Assembly: GCA_028712175.1 (NCBI GenBank)
Contig: JAQTQQ010000003.1
Coordinates: forward strand, 71,093-135,092
Direction: 5' to 3'
Source of the DNA: Candidatus Omnitrophota bacterium
GTDB lineage: Bacteria; Omnitrophota; Gorgyraeia; Gygaellales; Profunditerraquicolaceae
Length of the DNA stretch: 64,000 nt
Shown here one piece after another: positions 1 to 9,374 of the stretch. The first letter of the stretch is position 1. Every line of letters starts with the position of its first letter. The notes under the pieces were generated by a model, which searched no databases, had not been told where the DNA came from, and saw only the letters and a list, made by a program, of their open reading frames with translations. Position numbers and translations under genes: made by a program.

Positions 1-497
1 TTTTTGCGCAATCAATTATCCTTTTTCCGGCAACCATGGCCTCTTTTATTCCTAACCCCGGATTTCAGCGGTTTGCGCAAAGTTTGATCCGTGGGCAGGT
101 ATTATATTCTGTAGTTTATGCTCTTTTGATAATTTTCTTCTGTTATTTTTATACAGCGATTGTTTTTAATCCAAATGATCTATCCGAAAATATGAAAAAG
201 TACGGTGGTTTTATTCCAGGTATCCGGCCGGGTACGCCTACTGCGGAATTTCTTGATTATGTCATGACCCGGATCACTCTTGCCGGAGCAAGTTTTATTG
301 CTATAATTGCAATTTTGCCGGATTTTATCATGGCTTGGCTTAAGATACCTTATCTAGTTGCTTCATTTTTCGGTGGTACCGGTATTTTAATCATCGTAGG
401 CGTCATGCTTGATACCTTAAAGCAAATAGAATCGCATTTGTTGACCCATCATTACGAAGGTTTTATAAAAAGCGGCCAAATTAGAGGGAGAAGATAA
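1..497 (+). CDS. secY: Preprotein translocase SecY, C-terminal part (5' truncated by window edge)
   Basis: Reading frame is open from the window edge to the stop at 497. The translation ...SIILFPATMAS...FNPNDLSENMKKYGGFIPGIRPGTPT...YLVASFFGGTGILIIVGVMLDT... matches the conserved C-terminal third of SecY. It is followed by adk and map, as in the spc operon. Confidence 0.85.
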   Translation, partial: FAQSIILFPATMASFIPNPGFQRFAQSLIRGQVLYSVVYALLIIFFCYFYTAIVFNPNDLSENMKKYGGFIPGIRPGTPTAEFLDYVMTRITLAGASFIAIIAILPDFIMAWLKIPYLVASFFGGTGILIIVGVMLDTLKQIESHLLTHHYEGFIKSGQIRGRR

Positions 498-499
498 TA

Positions 500-1153
500 A
501 TGTACCTAGTGCTTTTAGGCCCGCCGGGTGCAGGCAAGGGGACGCAGGCAAAGAGGCTGGCTGGAAGCTTATCCCTGCCGCATATATCTACCGGAGATAT
601 CTTAAGGCAGAATGTTAAAGACGGTACGGACCTAGGTAAGCAAGCAAAAGGCATTATGGATAAGGGTTTGCTTGTGCCGGATGATCTGGTTGCCAAGATG
701 CTCGACGAGCGTTTTAATAACCCGGACATAAAAAAAGGTTTTATCCTAGACGGTTATCCCAGGACATTAGCCCAAGCCGGCACTTTGGATGATATTTTAG
801 GATCCAAGGGTTTAGCGGTAGATTTAGTAGTTTATTTAAATACCAGCGATGAGGTAATTATCAAGCGGCTCACAGGCAGGCTGGTTTGTTCTAAGTGCGG
901 GGCAAATTTCCATGTAACTAATATGCCCCCCAAGTCCAAAGGCATATGTGATAATTGCGGTTCTTCTTTGTATCAACGTTCTGATGACAATGAAACAACG
1001 GTGCGTAAGCGCCTTGAGGTTTATAAGCAGGAAGTCTCTTCTTTGATAGAGTATTACAGCCGGATAAAGAAACTGCACAGCTTAAATGCGGATTTAGATG
1101 CCGGGGTTGTTTTAAAACAGATTATTGATTTAAGCTCTAAAGAGAGCAGATGA
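500..1153 (+). CDS. adk: Adenylate kinase (with Cys4 zinc lid)
   Basis: P-loop at LLGPPGAGKGTQAKRL. LID domain carries CSKCG...CDNCG. Position is directly after secY. Confidence 0.9.
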   Translation: MYLVLLGPPGAGKGTQAKRLAGSLSLPHISTGDILRQNVKDGTDLGKQAKGIMDKGLLVPDDLVAKMLDERFNNPDIKKGFILDGYPRTLAQAGTLDDILGSKGLAVDLVVYLNTSDEVIIKRLTGRLVCSKCGANFHVTNMPPKSKGICDNCGSSLYQRSDDNETTVRKRLEVYKQEVSSLIEYYSRIKKLHSLNADLDAGVVLKQIIDLSSKESR

Positions 1154-1893
1154 TTCCTCTAAAATCGCAAAAAGATTTAGAGGTGTTAAAGCAATCAGGG
1201 GCAATTCTAGCGCATGTGATGCGCCAAGTGGAGCAGAATATCCGCGCGGGAATTACGACCTTAGATATTGACCGGTTGTGCCATGAACTTATTCTTAAAA
1301 ACAATGCTCAACCGGCTTTTAAAGGATATAAAGGTTTTCCTGCGACAGCGTGCGTTTCTGTAAATGAAGAAGTTGTCCATGGCATCCCTTCTCCGAGAGT
1401 AATTTTAGAAGGGGATATCGTAAGCATAGATTTAGGGGTAAATTACAAGGGGTATTTTTCGGATATGGCAGTAACGGTACCCGTAGGTTCAGTGGGCCCA
1501 GCTAAAAGAAAGTTAGTTGAAGTAACAAAAAAATCACTGGAATTAGGTATTAAGCAGGCGCGCTTAGGCAACAGTTTATCCGATATTTCTCATAGCATTC
1601 AAAGTTTTGTTGAAGCCGAAGGTTTTCAGGTAGTCAGGCAGTTTGTGGGCCATGGGATAGGTAAAGAGCTGCATGAAGAACCGGAAATCCCTAATTTTTA
1701 CAAGCCTGGCGCAAGCCCGGCCTTAAAAAACGGAATGGTTTTAGCTATTGAACCAATGATCAATATGGGCACATGGGAGTGCCTGCTACTTGATAATGGG
1801 TGGACGGCAGTTACCAAGGATCGTGCCCCATCGGCGCATTTTGAACATACTGTAGCCATTACCAATAATGGGCCGGTAATACTTACACAATAA
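1150..1893 (+). CDS. map: Methionine aminopeptidase type I
   Basis: 247 aa pita-bread fold with metal-ligand motifs (D...D...H...E...E). Conserved position after adk. Start overlaps the adk stop by 4 nt. Confidence 0.9.
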   Translation: MIPLKSQKDLEVLKQSGAILAHVMRQVEQNIRAGITTLDIDRLCHELILKNNAQPAFKGYKGFPATACVSVNEEVVHGIPSPRVILEGDIVSIDLGVNYKGYFSDMAVTVPVGSVGPAKRKLVEVTKKSLELGIKQARLGNSLSDISHSIQSFVEAEGFQVVRQFVGHGIGKELHEEPEIPNFYKPGASPALKNGMVLAIEPMINMGTWECLLLDNGWTAVTKDRAPSAHFEHTVAITNNGPVILTQ

Positions 1894-1894
1894 T

Positions 1895-2113
1895 ATGGCC
1901 AAAGAAGAACTAATAGAAACAGAAGGTAAAATTGTAGAAGCGCTTCCCAATGCTATGTTTAAGGTAGAGCTTGAGAATGGGCACATAGTGCTGGCGCATG
2001 TTTCCGGAAAAATGCGCATGAATTTTATCAGGATACTTCCGGGTGATAAAGTGAAATTAGAACTTTCTCCTTATGATCTAAGCCGCGGGAGAATTACATT
2101 CAGGGTGAGATAA
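1895..2113 (+). CDS. infA: Translation initiation factor IF-1
   Basis: 72 aa S1-like protein: MAKEE...[30 protein letters not shown]...[21 protein letters not shown]. Confidence 0.9.
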   Translation: MAKEELIETEGKIVEALPNAMFKVELENGHIVLAHVSGKMRMNFIRILPGDKVKLELSPYDLSRGRITFRVR

Positions 2114-2226
2114 TGAAAGTTAAAGCTTCGATTCGTAAGATTTGCGATAAGTGCAAGATCATAAAAAGAAAAGGAGTGGTGCGGGTAATTTGCGTAACCA
2201 CTAAACATAAACAGAGGCAGGGTTAA
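2113..2226 (+). CDS. rpmJ: 50S ribosomal protein L36 (unlisted small ORF)
   Basis: 37-aa [40 protein letters not shown]. It carries the C-x2-C...C-x-T-x2-H zinc ribbon of L36. Its ATG overlaps the infA stop (TAATG), in the canonical infA-rpmJ-rpsM position. Confidence 0.85.
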   Translation: MKVKASIRKICDKCKIIKRKGVVRVICVTTKHKQRQG

Positions 2227-2253
2227 AATATTTGTTAAGCCAGGGAGTATAAT

Positions 2254-2664
2254 ATGCCAAGAATTATCGGTGTTGATATACCTAAAGAAAAGAAAATCGA
2301 GATCGCTCTTACCTATTTGTATGGGATAGGCAGGGCAATGTCTAATGTTGTGCTTAAAGAGGCCGGGATTAATCCGGATAAGCGCGCAAAAGATTTAAGC
2401 GACGAAGAAGTTTCCCGCATTACGGCTGTTCTTCAAAAAGGAAGCTTAAGGATTGAAGGGGACCTGCGCCGTGATATATCCCAGAATATTAAGCGGCTTA
2501 TGGATATAGGGTCATGGAGAGGGATGCGCCATAAAAAGGGGCTTCCTGTCAGGGGGCAGCGTACACGTACTAATTCACGGACCAGGAAAGGCAAGAAAAG
2601 AGTAAACTTAGCACCTGTAAAGAGGGCAGAAAGCGCGCAAAAAGCCAAGCCTGCTGCTAAATAG
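2254..2664 (+). CDS. rpsM: 30S ribosomal protein S13
   Basis: [23 protein letters not shown]..., with a basic C-terminus. Position is before rpsK. Confidence 0.9.
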   Translation: MPRIIGVDIPKEKKIEIALTYLYGIGRAMSNVVLKEAGINPDKRAKDLSDEEVSRITAVLQKGSLRIEGDLRRDISQNIKRLMDIGSWRGMRHKKGLPVRGQRTRTNSRTRKGKKRVNLAPVKRAESAQKAKPAAK

Positions 2665-2676
2665 AGGAGATAGATT

Positions 2677-3066
2677 ATGGCAACAAAAGATAAGGCAAAA
2701 AAGAAGAAGATAGCGCGGGGGATAACCAGCGGTATCGCTCATATTCAGGCCAGTTTTAATAATACAATAATTACTATTACTGACAAGCAGGGGAATGTAA
2801 TAGCATGGAGCGCTCCGGGATGCGTAGGCTACAGCGGTTCAAAGAAATCTACGCCTTTTGCCGCCCAGATTGCAGCAACTGACGCAGCGCGTAAGGCCAA
2901 AGAAGTAGGCCTGAAGGAATTAGAGGTTTATGTGAAAGGTCCGGGTTTTGGCAGGGAGTCGGCAATCCGGGCGCTTCAAGCAGCAGGATTAGCGGTAACT
3001 TTAATTAAGGATGTAACTCCTATCCCTCATAATGGTTGCCGTCCTAAGAAGAAAAGGAGAGTTTAA
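2677..3066 (+). CDS. rpsK: 30S ribosomal protein S11
   Basis: [19 protein letters not shown]... family signature, 129 aa. Confidence 0.9.
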   Translation: MATKDKAKKKKIARGITSGIAHIQASFNNTIITITDKQGNVIAWSAPGCVGYSGSKKSTPFAAQIAATDAARKAKEVGLKELEVYVKGPGFGRESAIRALQAAGLAVTLIKDVTPIPHNGCRPKKKRRV

Positions 3067-3069
3067 GTT

Positions 3070-3699
3070 ATGGGCCGTTATACTGGTGCAGTTTGCAGAT
3101 TATGCCGCAGACAGGGAGAAAAATTATTTTTGAAAGGGACTAGGTGCCAGACTGAAAAATGTGCCGCCGCTAAAAGGGCATATCCGCCGGGTCAACATGG
3201 TAAAGGCAGGAGGCAGAAACTTTCTAACTACGGTGTACAGTTAAAAGAAAAACAGAAAGTTAAAAGAATTTACGGAGTCATGGAAAAGCAGTTCCGTATA
3301 TATTTTAAAATTGCCTCTAAAACTAAAGGTGTAACCGGGAAAGTCCTTTTGCAGTTGTTAGAGCGCAGGCTTGATAACGTAGTTTTTCGTATGGGCTTGG
3401 GGGTTTCCCGTGCACAGGCTCGTCAGGTTGTTAGGCATAATCTTATCGCAGTTAATTCCCGCAGGGTCAATATCCCTTCATTTTTGGTTGATAAGGATGA
3501 TGTAGTTGAAATTAAAGCTAAGGATAAGGCTAAGGCCAAGATTAAGGATAACCTGGAGCTTTCCAAGGACAGGACTGTTCCGGCATGGCTTGAATTTGAT
3601 GCTTCTCTTATGAAGGCAAAAGTTTTAAGGCTTCCTGAAAAAGGCGACATCCAGCAGCCGATACAGGAGCAGTTGATCGTCGAGTTGTATTCAAAATAA
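3070..3699 (+). CDS. rpsD: 30S ribosomal protein S4
   Basis: N-terminal CRLCRR...C...C zinc-ribbon-like motif plus S4 domain, 209 aa. Position is rpsK-rpsD-rpoA. Confidence 0.9.
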   Translation: MGRYTGAVCRLCRRQGEKLFLKGTRCQTEKCAAAKRAYPPGQHGKGRRQKLSNYGVQLKEKQKVKRIYGVMEKQFRIYFKIASKTKGVTGKVLLQLLERRLDNVVFRMGLGVSRAQARQVVRHNLIAVNSRRVNIPSFLVDKDDVVEIKAKDKAKAKIKDNLELSKDRTVPAWLEFDASLMKAKVLRLPEKGDIQQPIQEQLIVELYSK

Positions 3700-3731
3700 T
3701 ATTTTGATTTTATTAATATAGGGGGGGTAAT

Positions 3732-4724
3732 ATGGGTATAAAATGGAGAGATTTTCAATTTCCTAAAAAGCTTGAATGTGACGAGTCGACATATACTGAT
3801 ACCTACGGTAAATTTCAGGCAGCTCCTTTTGAAAGAGGATATGGTGTTACTCTGGGCAATTCCTTAAGAAGGGTTTTGCTTTCTTCAATAGAGGGCAGTG
3901 CAATTACCGCGATTAAGGTTGCCGGAGTTGCGCATGAATTTTCGACAATTCCCGGAGTACTGGAGGACGTACCGGAGATTATCCTAAATATCAAAAGCCT
4001 TGTTTTAAATTCGCATTCTAAGATCCCTAAAACTATATATTTAAAAGCGGATAAAAAAGGCGAGGTTAAGGCCAAAGATATAGAAACGGATGAAACTATT
4101 GAGATTATTAATCCGGAATTACACATTGCAACTCTTACCAAAGATACCAAGTTGAATATTGAGATGGAGGTATCCCGCGGCAGAGGATATGTTCCGGCGG
4201 AGCTGAATAAAAGAGAAGATAAGGTAGCCGGTTTTATCGCAATTGATTCAATATTTACTCCCATTAAGAAGATCAATTATTTTGTTGAGAATACGCGCGT
4301 AGGGCAACGTACTGACTATGATAAACTGATCTTAGAGATTTGGACTAACGGTAGCATTAATCCAAAAGACGCGCTGCTTTATGCCTCAAATATTTTACAA
4401 AGGCACCTCGATATTTTTGTTAATTTCGGGCAGCTCCCGGAAGATATCGCGGAAGAAGAGCCGGAGATGACCAAAGAAGATGCGGCGCTTTATGAGAAAT
4501 TAAGGTTGCCGATTTCAGAACTCGAGCTTTCAGTAAGAAGTTCCAACTGTTTAAGAGAAGCCGGTATTAAGACTATCGCAGATCTGGTTAAGAAGACCGA
4601 AGAAGAGATGCTTGGTTTTAAGAATTTCGGCAAGAAATCTCTAACCGAAATTCAAGAGCTGTTAATGGGTATGGGAGTTACTCTGGGGATGCAGGTCGAT
4701 CCTAAGAAAATCAAGAAGGGTTAA
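3732..4724 (+). CDS. rpoA: DNA-directed RNA polymerase alpha subunit
   Basis: 330 aa with an N-terminal dimerisation domain and a C-terminal alphaCTD (helix-hairpin-helix ...LELSVRSSNCLREAGIKTIADLV...). Confidence 0.9.
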   Translation: MGIKWRDFQFPKKLECDESTYTDTYGKFQAAPFERGYGVTLGNSLRRVLLSSIEGSAITAIKVAGVAHEFSTIPGVLEDVPEIILNIKSLVLNSHSKIPKTIYLKADKKGEVKAKDIETDETIEIINPELHIATLTKDTKLNIEMEVSRGRGYVPAELNKREDKVAGFIAIDSIFTPIKKINYFVENTRVGQRTDYDKLILEIWTNGSINPKDALLYASNILQRHLDIFVNFGQLPEDIAEEEPEMTKEDAALYEKLRLPISELELSVRSSNCLREAGIKTIADLVKKTEEEMLGFKNFGKKSLTEIQELLMGMGVTLGMQVDPKKIKKG

Positions 4725-4729
4725 ATAAA

Positions 4730-5299
4730 ATGAGACATGGAAAAAAAAGGATGCAGCTGGGGCGTTTCACCAGCTGGCACGATGCGACAATAACAAGCTT
4801 AGCGAAAAATATGATTATTTGCCAAAGTATTAAAACTACACTGGTAAGGGCTAAGTCTAGCAGGCCAACAGTCGAGAAGCTTATAACTTTGGCCAAAACA
4901 AATACTCTTTTTGCACGCAGGCAGGCGCAGAAGATTTTAGGTGAACACAGACTGGTAAATGTTCTTTTTAACGATATCGGCCCGCGTTTTTCCAAGCGTA
5001 ACAGCGGTTTTACCAGGATTATCAGTTTAGGAAAGCGCCGCGGCGATAATGCGGAAATGGTTATTTTCGAGATGACCGAATTAAAGAAAAAAGAAACAAA
5101 AAAACCTAAAGCAGCCAAAGAAGCTGATCATAAGTCCGAGGTAGGAATAGAGAAAGCTGCCGACGGAAAAGAAACTGGTGAACAAAAGAAAGAAACTAAA
5201 ACGGCTGTTAAAGAAAAACCTGTTGATGAAAAGAAGCCGCCCAAAAAATTTATGGGCGGCTTAAGAACCATATTCAGAAAGAAAAGTGATTCTTTGTAA
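4730..5299 (+). CDS. rplQ: 50S ribosomal protein L17 with about 70-aa K/E-rich C-terminal extension
   Basis: N-terminal 120 aa is L17-like (MRHGKKRMQLGR...RRQAQKIL). It is followed by a low-complexity Lys/Glu/Thr-rich tail (KKKETKKPKAAKEADHK...KKPPKKF...). Confidence 0.8.
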   Translation: MRHGKKRMQLGRFTSWHDATITSLAKNMIICQSIKTTLVRAKSSRPTVEKLITLAKTNTLFARRQAQKILGEHRLVNVLFNDIGPRFSKRNSGFTRIISLGKRRGDNAEMVIFEMTELKKKETKKPKAAKEADHKSEVGIEKAADGKETGEQKKETKTAVKEKPVDEKKPPKKFMGGLRTIFRKKSDSL

Positions 5300-5390
5300 A
5301 TATCATTCCGCGCCTCTAAATATTTTAGTTATTAAGCCTTAAGATCAATGGGCTGAATAAAAAGACGGTGCGGGATAAAGAAAAACTTTT

Positions 5391-6566
5391 ATGAAAATAG
5401 ATACTAGGCTTGCGGAGAGGCTAAAAAAAATTCATCCGTCTTCAACTTTGGCAATTACCTCAAAAGCTAAAAAGCTGAAGACGGAAGGCAAGGATATTGT
5501 TAATTTTGCCGCAGGCGAACCGGATTTTGATACCCCTGATTTTATAAAAGAAGCGGCAATAGGCGCCATAAAATCCGGGTTTACCAAATATACCCCCACC
5601 ACTGGAACTCCTGAATTAAAAAAACTCATCTGCCAGAAATTTAAACGGGATAACTCCTTGGAATACTCCCCGGACCAGGTTATTGTTTCAAACGGGGCAA
5701 AGCACAGCATTTATAATGCGCTCATGGTGTTGTTAAACCGTTCCGATGAGGCGCTTATTCCTTCGCCTTACTGGGTAAGCTATCCTGAAATGGTCAATCT
5801 TTGCGAGGGTACCTGCCGTTTTATAAAAACTACCGCTGCAAATAATTTTAAGATATGCGTAGCAGAGCTTATCAAGCATATTACCCCAAAAACTAAAGTG
5901 CTTATACTTAATAGCCCATCTAACCCGACTGGTTCTGTTTATAACAGAAAAGAATTGGAGGCTATTGCCAGAGTCTGTGTTGATAAAAATATTTTTGTGA
6001 TTAGCGATGAGATTTATGAGAAAATAATCTTTGACGGGCTGAAGCATGAATCAATCGCCAGCTTTAATAAGGATATTTATAATCTTACGATTACGGTCAA
6101 TGGCCTGTCGAAAAGCCATTCAATGACCGGATGGCGTATTGGCTATCTTGGGGCGCCAAGCGATGTGGCGGGTGCAATCTCAAACTTACAGGACCATTCA
6201 ACTTCTAACCCGAACTCTATCGCGCAAAAGGCAGCAGTGTGTGCTTTAAGCGCGCCTGAAGATTTCTCCAATAAGCTGTGCAAGGAGTTTGAGAAGAGAC
6301 GGGACTATTTGGTATCAAGGCTCAAGGAAATTAAGCCTTTAAGTTTTTGCCAGCCGCAAGGCGCATTTTACATGTTTTGTAATATATCCGGGACAAAACT
6401 TGATTCTATGGTTTTTGCCCGTCGCCTTCTCGATGAAAAATATGTAAGCGTTATTCCCGGAAGTGCGTTTGGCATGGATAACTACATACGTATAAGTTAT
6501 GCTACAAGCATAGAGGAATTAGAAAAGGGCATGGATAGGCTCAAAGACTGGGTTGTTAAATTATGA
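5391..6566 (+). CDS. Class I/II PLP-dependent aminotransferase (aspartate/aromatic aminotransferase-like)
   Basis: 391 aa. Fold-type I motifs are present: N-terminal NFAAGEPDF, the SxxxxxTGWRIGY region, and the PLP-lysine region ...LSKSHSMTGWRIGY. Confidence 0.75.
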   Translation: MKIDTRLAERLKKIHPSSTLAITSKAKKLKTEGKDIVNFAAGEPDFDTPDFIKEAAIGAIKSGFTKYTPTTGTPELKKLICQKFKRDNSLEYSPDQVIVSNGAKHSIYNALMVLLNRSDEALIPSPYWVSYPEMVNLCEGTCRFIKTTAANNFKICVAELIKHITPKTKVLILNSPSNPTGSVYNRKELEAIARVCVDKNIFVISDEIYEKIIFDGLKHESIASFNKDIYNLTITVNGLSKSHSMTGWRIGYLGAPSDVAGAISNLQDHSTSNPNSIAQKAAVCALSAPEDFSNKLCKEFEKRRDYLVSRLKEIKPLSFCQPQGAFYMFCNISGTKLDSMVFARRLLDEKYVSVIPGSAFGMDNYIRISYATSIEELEKGMDRLKDWVVKL

Positions 6567-7819
6567 GTGGCCAAACAATAGCTGAAAAGATTTTAAGTAA
6601 GCACGCAGGGAGATATTTACGGGCGGGCGATTTTGCTATTTGTAAAATTGATTTTGCATTCGGCCAAGACGGCACCTCATCGATAATAATCGACCGGATT
6701 AAAGATTTAGGGGTTAAGAAATTTAAGACACGCTATTGCATGGTTATTGACCACAGCGCCCCAAGCCCAAGCGAAGGGGTTTCCCGGGTGCATAAAAAGA
6801 TGCGCGATTTTTCTCAAAAGTTTAAGACGGAGATTTTTGATGTTGGCTGCGGGGTATGCCATCAGGTTATTCCTGAGTCGGGAAATATCATACCCGGCGA
6901 CCTAGTTTTGGGAGCTGACTCTCATACCTGCACCTATGGTGCGCTTGGGGCTTTTTCTACCGGAGTCGGTTCTACTGATTTAGCAGTTGCTCTTGCTACG
7001 GGGAAAAATTGGTTTAAAGTCCCGGAGACTATAAAAATTATTATTAAAGGCAGGATGCCTAAAGGAGTTTTTGCCAAAGATATAATTTTATATATTATCG
7101 GAGAACTTAAGAGTGACGGAGGAACATATAAAGCAGTTGAATTTACCGGCCCGGTGATTGATAATATGGGAATGGACGGCCGCTTTACTATTGCTAATAT
7201 GCTGGTTGAGATGGGGGCAAAAGCAGGTTTTATGCCGGTTGATAAAAAGACTCTTTCCTGGTTGGCTTTGAGGGCGGGGATAAACCGGCGGATTGAAGGT
7301 GTTTCTGCGGATAAAGGAGCTGTCTATCAGAATATTTATGAATTTGATATTTCAAAACTCAAGCCGATGGTTTCTATGCCGCACAGCGTTGACAATACTG
7401 CCTCGGCAGTTTCTCTAAAGAAAACAAAGATTGATGAAGCGTTTTTAGGCACCTGTACTAATGGCCGTATAGATGATTTTAAAGCGGCAGCAAAAGTTTT
7501 AAATAAGCGCAAAGTTTCTAGCCAGGTTAAATTGATCATAGCTCCCAGTTCGAGGCAGGTTTATCTGGAGGCTTTAAAGCTTGGCCTTGTTGAGGTGTTT
7601 ATTAAAGCCGGGGCAGTTATTGTTGCGCCCGGTTGCGGGCCTTGTGTCGGTACACATAACGGCATCCCCAGTGACGCGGAGGTTGTCATTTCAACTGCCA
7701 ACCGTAATTTTAAGGGAAGGATGGGGAATCCTTCGGCTTTTATCTATTTGGCATCACCTGCTACAGTCGCTGCTTCGGCGATTAAAGGCTATATTAGCGA
7801 CCCAAGAATCTACTTCTAA
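6563..7819 (+). CDS. leuC: Aconitase-family dehydratase large subunit (3-isopropylmalate dehydratase/homoaconitase LeuC-like)
   Basis: 418 aa aconitase catalytic domain with CxxC...C Fe-S ligands (GTCTNGR, CGPCVG). Substrate specificity (leu vs homoaconitate vs citramalate) is not decidable from sequence. Confidence 0.8.
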   Translation: MSGQTIAEKILSKHAGRYLRAGDFAICKIDFAFGQDGTSSIIIDRIKDLGVKKFKTRYCMVIDHSAPSPSEGVSRVHKKMRDFSQKFKTEIFDVGCGVCHQVIPESGNIIPGDLVLGADSHTCTYGALGAFSTGVGSTDLAVALATGKNWFKVPETIKIIIKGRMPKGVFAKDIILYIIGELKSDGGTYKAVEFTGPVIDNMGMDGRFTIANMLVEMGAKAGFMPVDKKTLSWLALRAGINRRIEGVSADKGAVYQNIYEFDISKLKPMVSMPHSVDNTASAVSLKKTKIDEAFLGTCTNGRIDDFKAAAKVLNKRKVSSQVKLIIAPSSRQVYLEALKLGLVEVFIKAGAVIVAPGCGPCVGTHNGIPSDAEVVISTANRNFKGRMGNPSAFIYLASPATVAASAIKGYISDPRIYF

Positions 7820-7830
7820 GGAGGTATTTT

Positions 7831-8877
7831 ATGGAAATTCGTGATTTGCTTTTGATGTGTGTTGAAAAAGGCGCTTCAGATTTGCATGTCACAGAGGATG
7901 AACCTCCTATTCTGCGTATTGACGGCAGGTTATTAAGGACGGATAAAGAAATCTTAAGTAAAACAGATTTAAAGAAGATGATTTATAGCGTCCTGTCTAA
8001 TGTTCAAAAAGAGATATTTGAACGCGAATTAGAACTTGATTTTTCGCTTGCCTTGCCGGGATTGGACAGATTCCGTGTTAATATCCATTTACAAAGGGGC
8101 TGCGTGGAAGGGGCCTTTCGCCGTATTCCGATAGAAATACCTACCGTTGAAAGATTGGGCCTGCCTAAGATCATATCGGATCTTGCGCGCAAGCCAAATG
8201 GTTTAGTTTTGGTAACCGGCCCTACCGGAATGGGTAAGACCACAACCTTGGCCGCAATGATTGATCTAATTAATTCCGAAAGAGAATGCTTGATTACTTG
8301 TATCGAGGACCCGATAGAGTTTATTTACGCTAATAAAAAAAGTATAGTCAAACAGCGCGAAGTTTATTCTGATACGCATTCTTTTGCTGAAGCCTTGCGC
8401 CATGCTTTACGCCAGGATCCTAATGTTATTGTTGTCGGCGAAATGCGCGACTTGGAAACTATTTCGACTGCTTTAACCGCGGCTGAAACCGGGCACCTTG
8501 TTTTGGCTACGCTGCATACCCCTGATGCGCCGCAGACTGTTTCCAGGATTATTGATGTTTTTCCTCCTCACCAGCAGCAACAGGTTAAATTACAGCTTTC
8601 TGACTGTTTGCAGGGAGTAGTCTCACAGCTCTTGCTTCCTAATGCATCAGGAAAGGGCCGCGTATTGGCAACAGAGATTATGGTAGCTACTGCCAGTATC
8701 CGTAACCTTATCCGTGAGCAGCAGATCGAACAGATTCCAACGATTATGCAGACCGGTTTGCAATATGGAATGAATACTATGGATAAGTCTTTAAAAGACC
8801 TTACGCAGAGAGGGCTAATTACTCTGGATATGGCTATGTCCAAGGCTAAGAATATGGAAGAATTTAAGCAGCTATGA
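7831..8877 (+). CDS. pilT: Type IV pilus retraction ATPase PilT
   Basis: 348 aa. N-terminus MEIRDLL....GASDLH. Walker A at GPTGMGKTT, Asp box and His box (LATLHT) of PilT/PilU secretion ATPases. Confidence 0.85.
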   Translation: MEIRDLLLMCVEKGASDLHVTEDEPPILRIDGRLLRTDKEILSKTDLKKMIYSVLSNVQKEIFERELELDFSLALPGLDRFRVNIHLQRGCVEGAFRRIPIEIPTVERLGLPKIISDLARKPNGLVLVTGPTGMGKTTTLAAMIDLINSERECLITCIEDPIEFIYANKKSIVKQREVYSDTHSFAEALRHALRQDPNVIVVGEMRDLETISTALTAAETGHLVLATLHTPDAPQTVSRIIDVFPPHQQQQVKLQLSDCLQGVVSQLLLPNASGKGRVLATEIMVATASIRNLIREQQIEQIPTIMQTGLQYGMNTMDKSLKDLTQRGLITLDMAMSKAKNMEEFKQL

Positions 8878-9374
8878 GTATCACGGGAAAAAGTATAAAA
8901 TTAGGGGATAATATTAATACGGATTTTATTATTTCCGGCCGGTATAAATTTGCTATTACCGACATGAAGGAGTTGGCAAAGCATATTATGGAAGATATTG
9001 ACCCGAATTTCCCGCAAAAGATAACCGCGGGCAAATCCATAATTGTGGCCGGTAATAACTTCGGCATGGGCTCAAGCAGGGAACAGGCGCCGCTTGTAAT
9101 CAAAGAGGCCGGTATTGTTGCCGTTTTATCGCCGCAATTTGCGCGGATATTTTTCCGTAACGGATTTAATATCGGACTGCCGTTAATTGAAACGGATACC
9201 TCCAGAATTGAAGAAGCTGATGAGCTTGAAATTGATTTGGATAATGGCGTGGTGAAGAATGTAACCAAAGGTATTGTTTTAAAGATTAAGCCTTTGCCGA
9301 AATTTATGCAGGACCTTTTAGCCGAAGGCGGCATTATTAATTATTATAAAAAGCATGGAGAGTTGAAAGTCTAA
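8874..9374 (+). CDS. leuD: Aconitase-family dehydratase small subunit (LeuD-like, short archaeal-type)
   Basis: 166 aa swivel domain (NTDFIISGRY...GNNFGMGSSREQAP). Its ATG overlaps the pilT stop. Confidence 0.75.
   Translation: MSITGKSIKLGDNINTDFIISGRYKFAITDMKELAKHIMEDIDPNFPQKITAGKSIIVAGNNFGMGSSREQAPLVIKEAGIVAVLSPQFARIFFRNGFNIGLPLIETDTSRIEEADELEIDLDNGVVKNVTKGIVLKIKPLPKFMQDLLAEGGIINYYKKHGELKV

Noticed and set aside
481-729. Minus-strand ORFs overlapping + strand housekeeping genes (e.g. 481-729, 3815-4276, 4711-5118, 11553-12047, 21118-21678, 32786-33208, 52249-52611, 55179-55562)
   Set aside because: Each lies antisense inside a well-supported conserved gene. They have low-complexity or odd composition, no RBS and no recognisable domain. 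These are shadow ORFs typical of 40% GC DNA.
7831-8877. pilT as contaminating/chimeric insert
   Set aside because: Codon usage, GC and tight start/stop coupling with both neighbours look native. Only read-level data could show misassembly.
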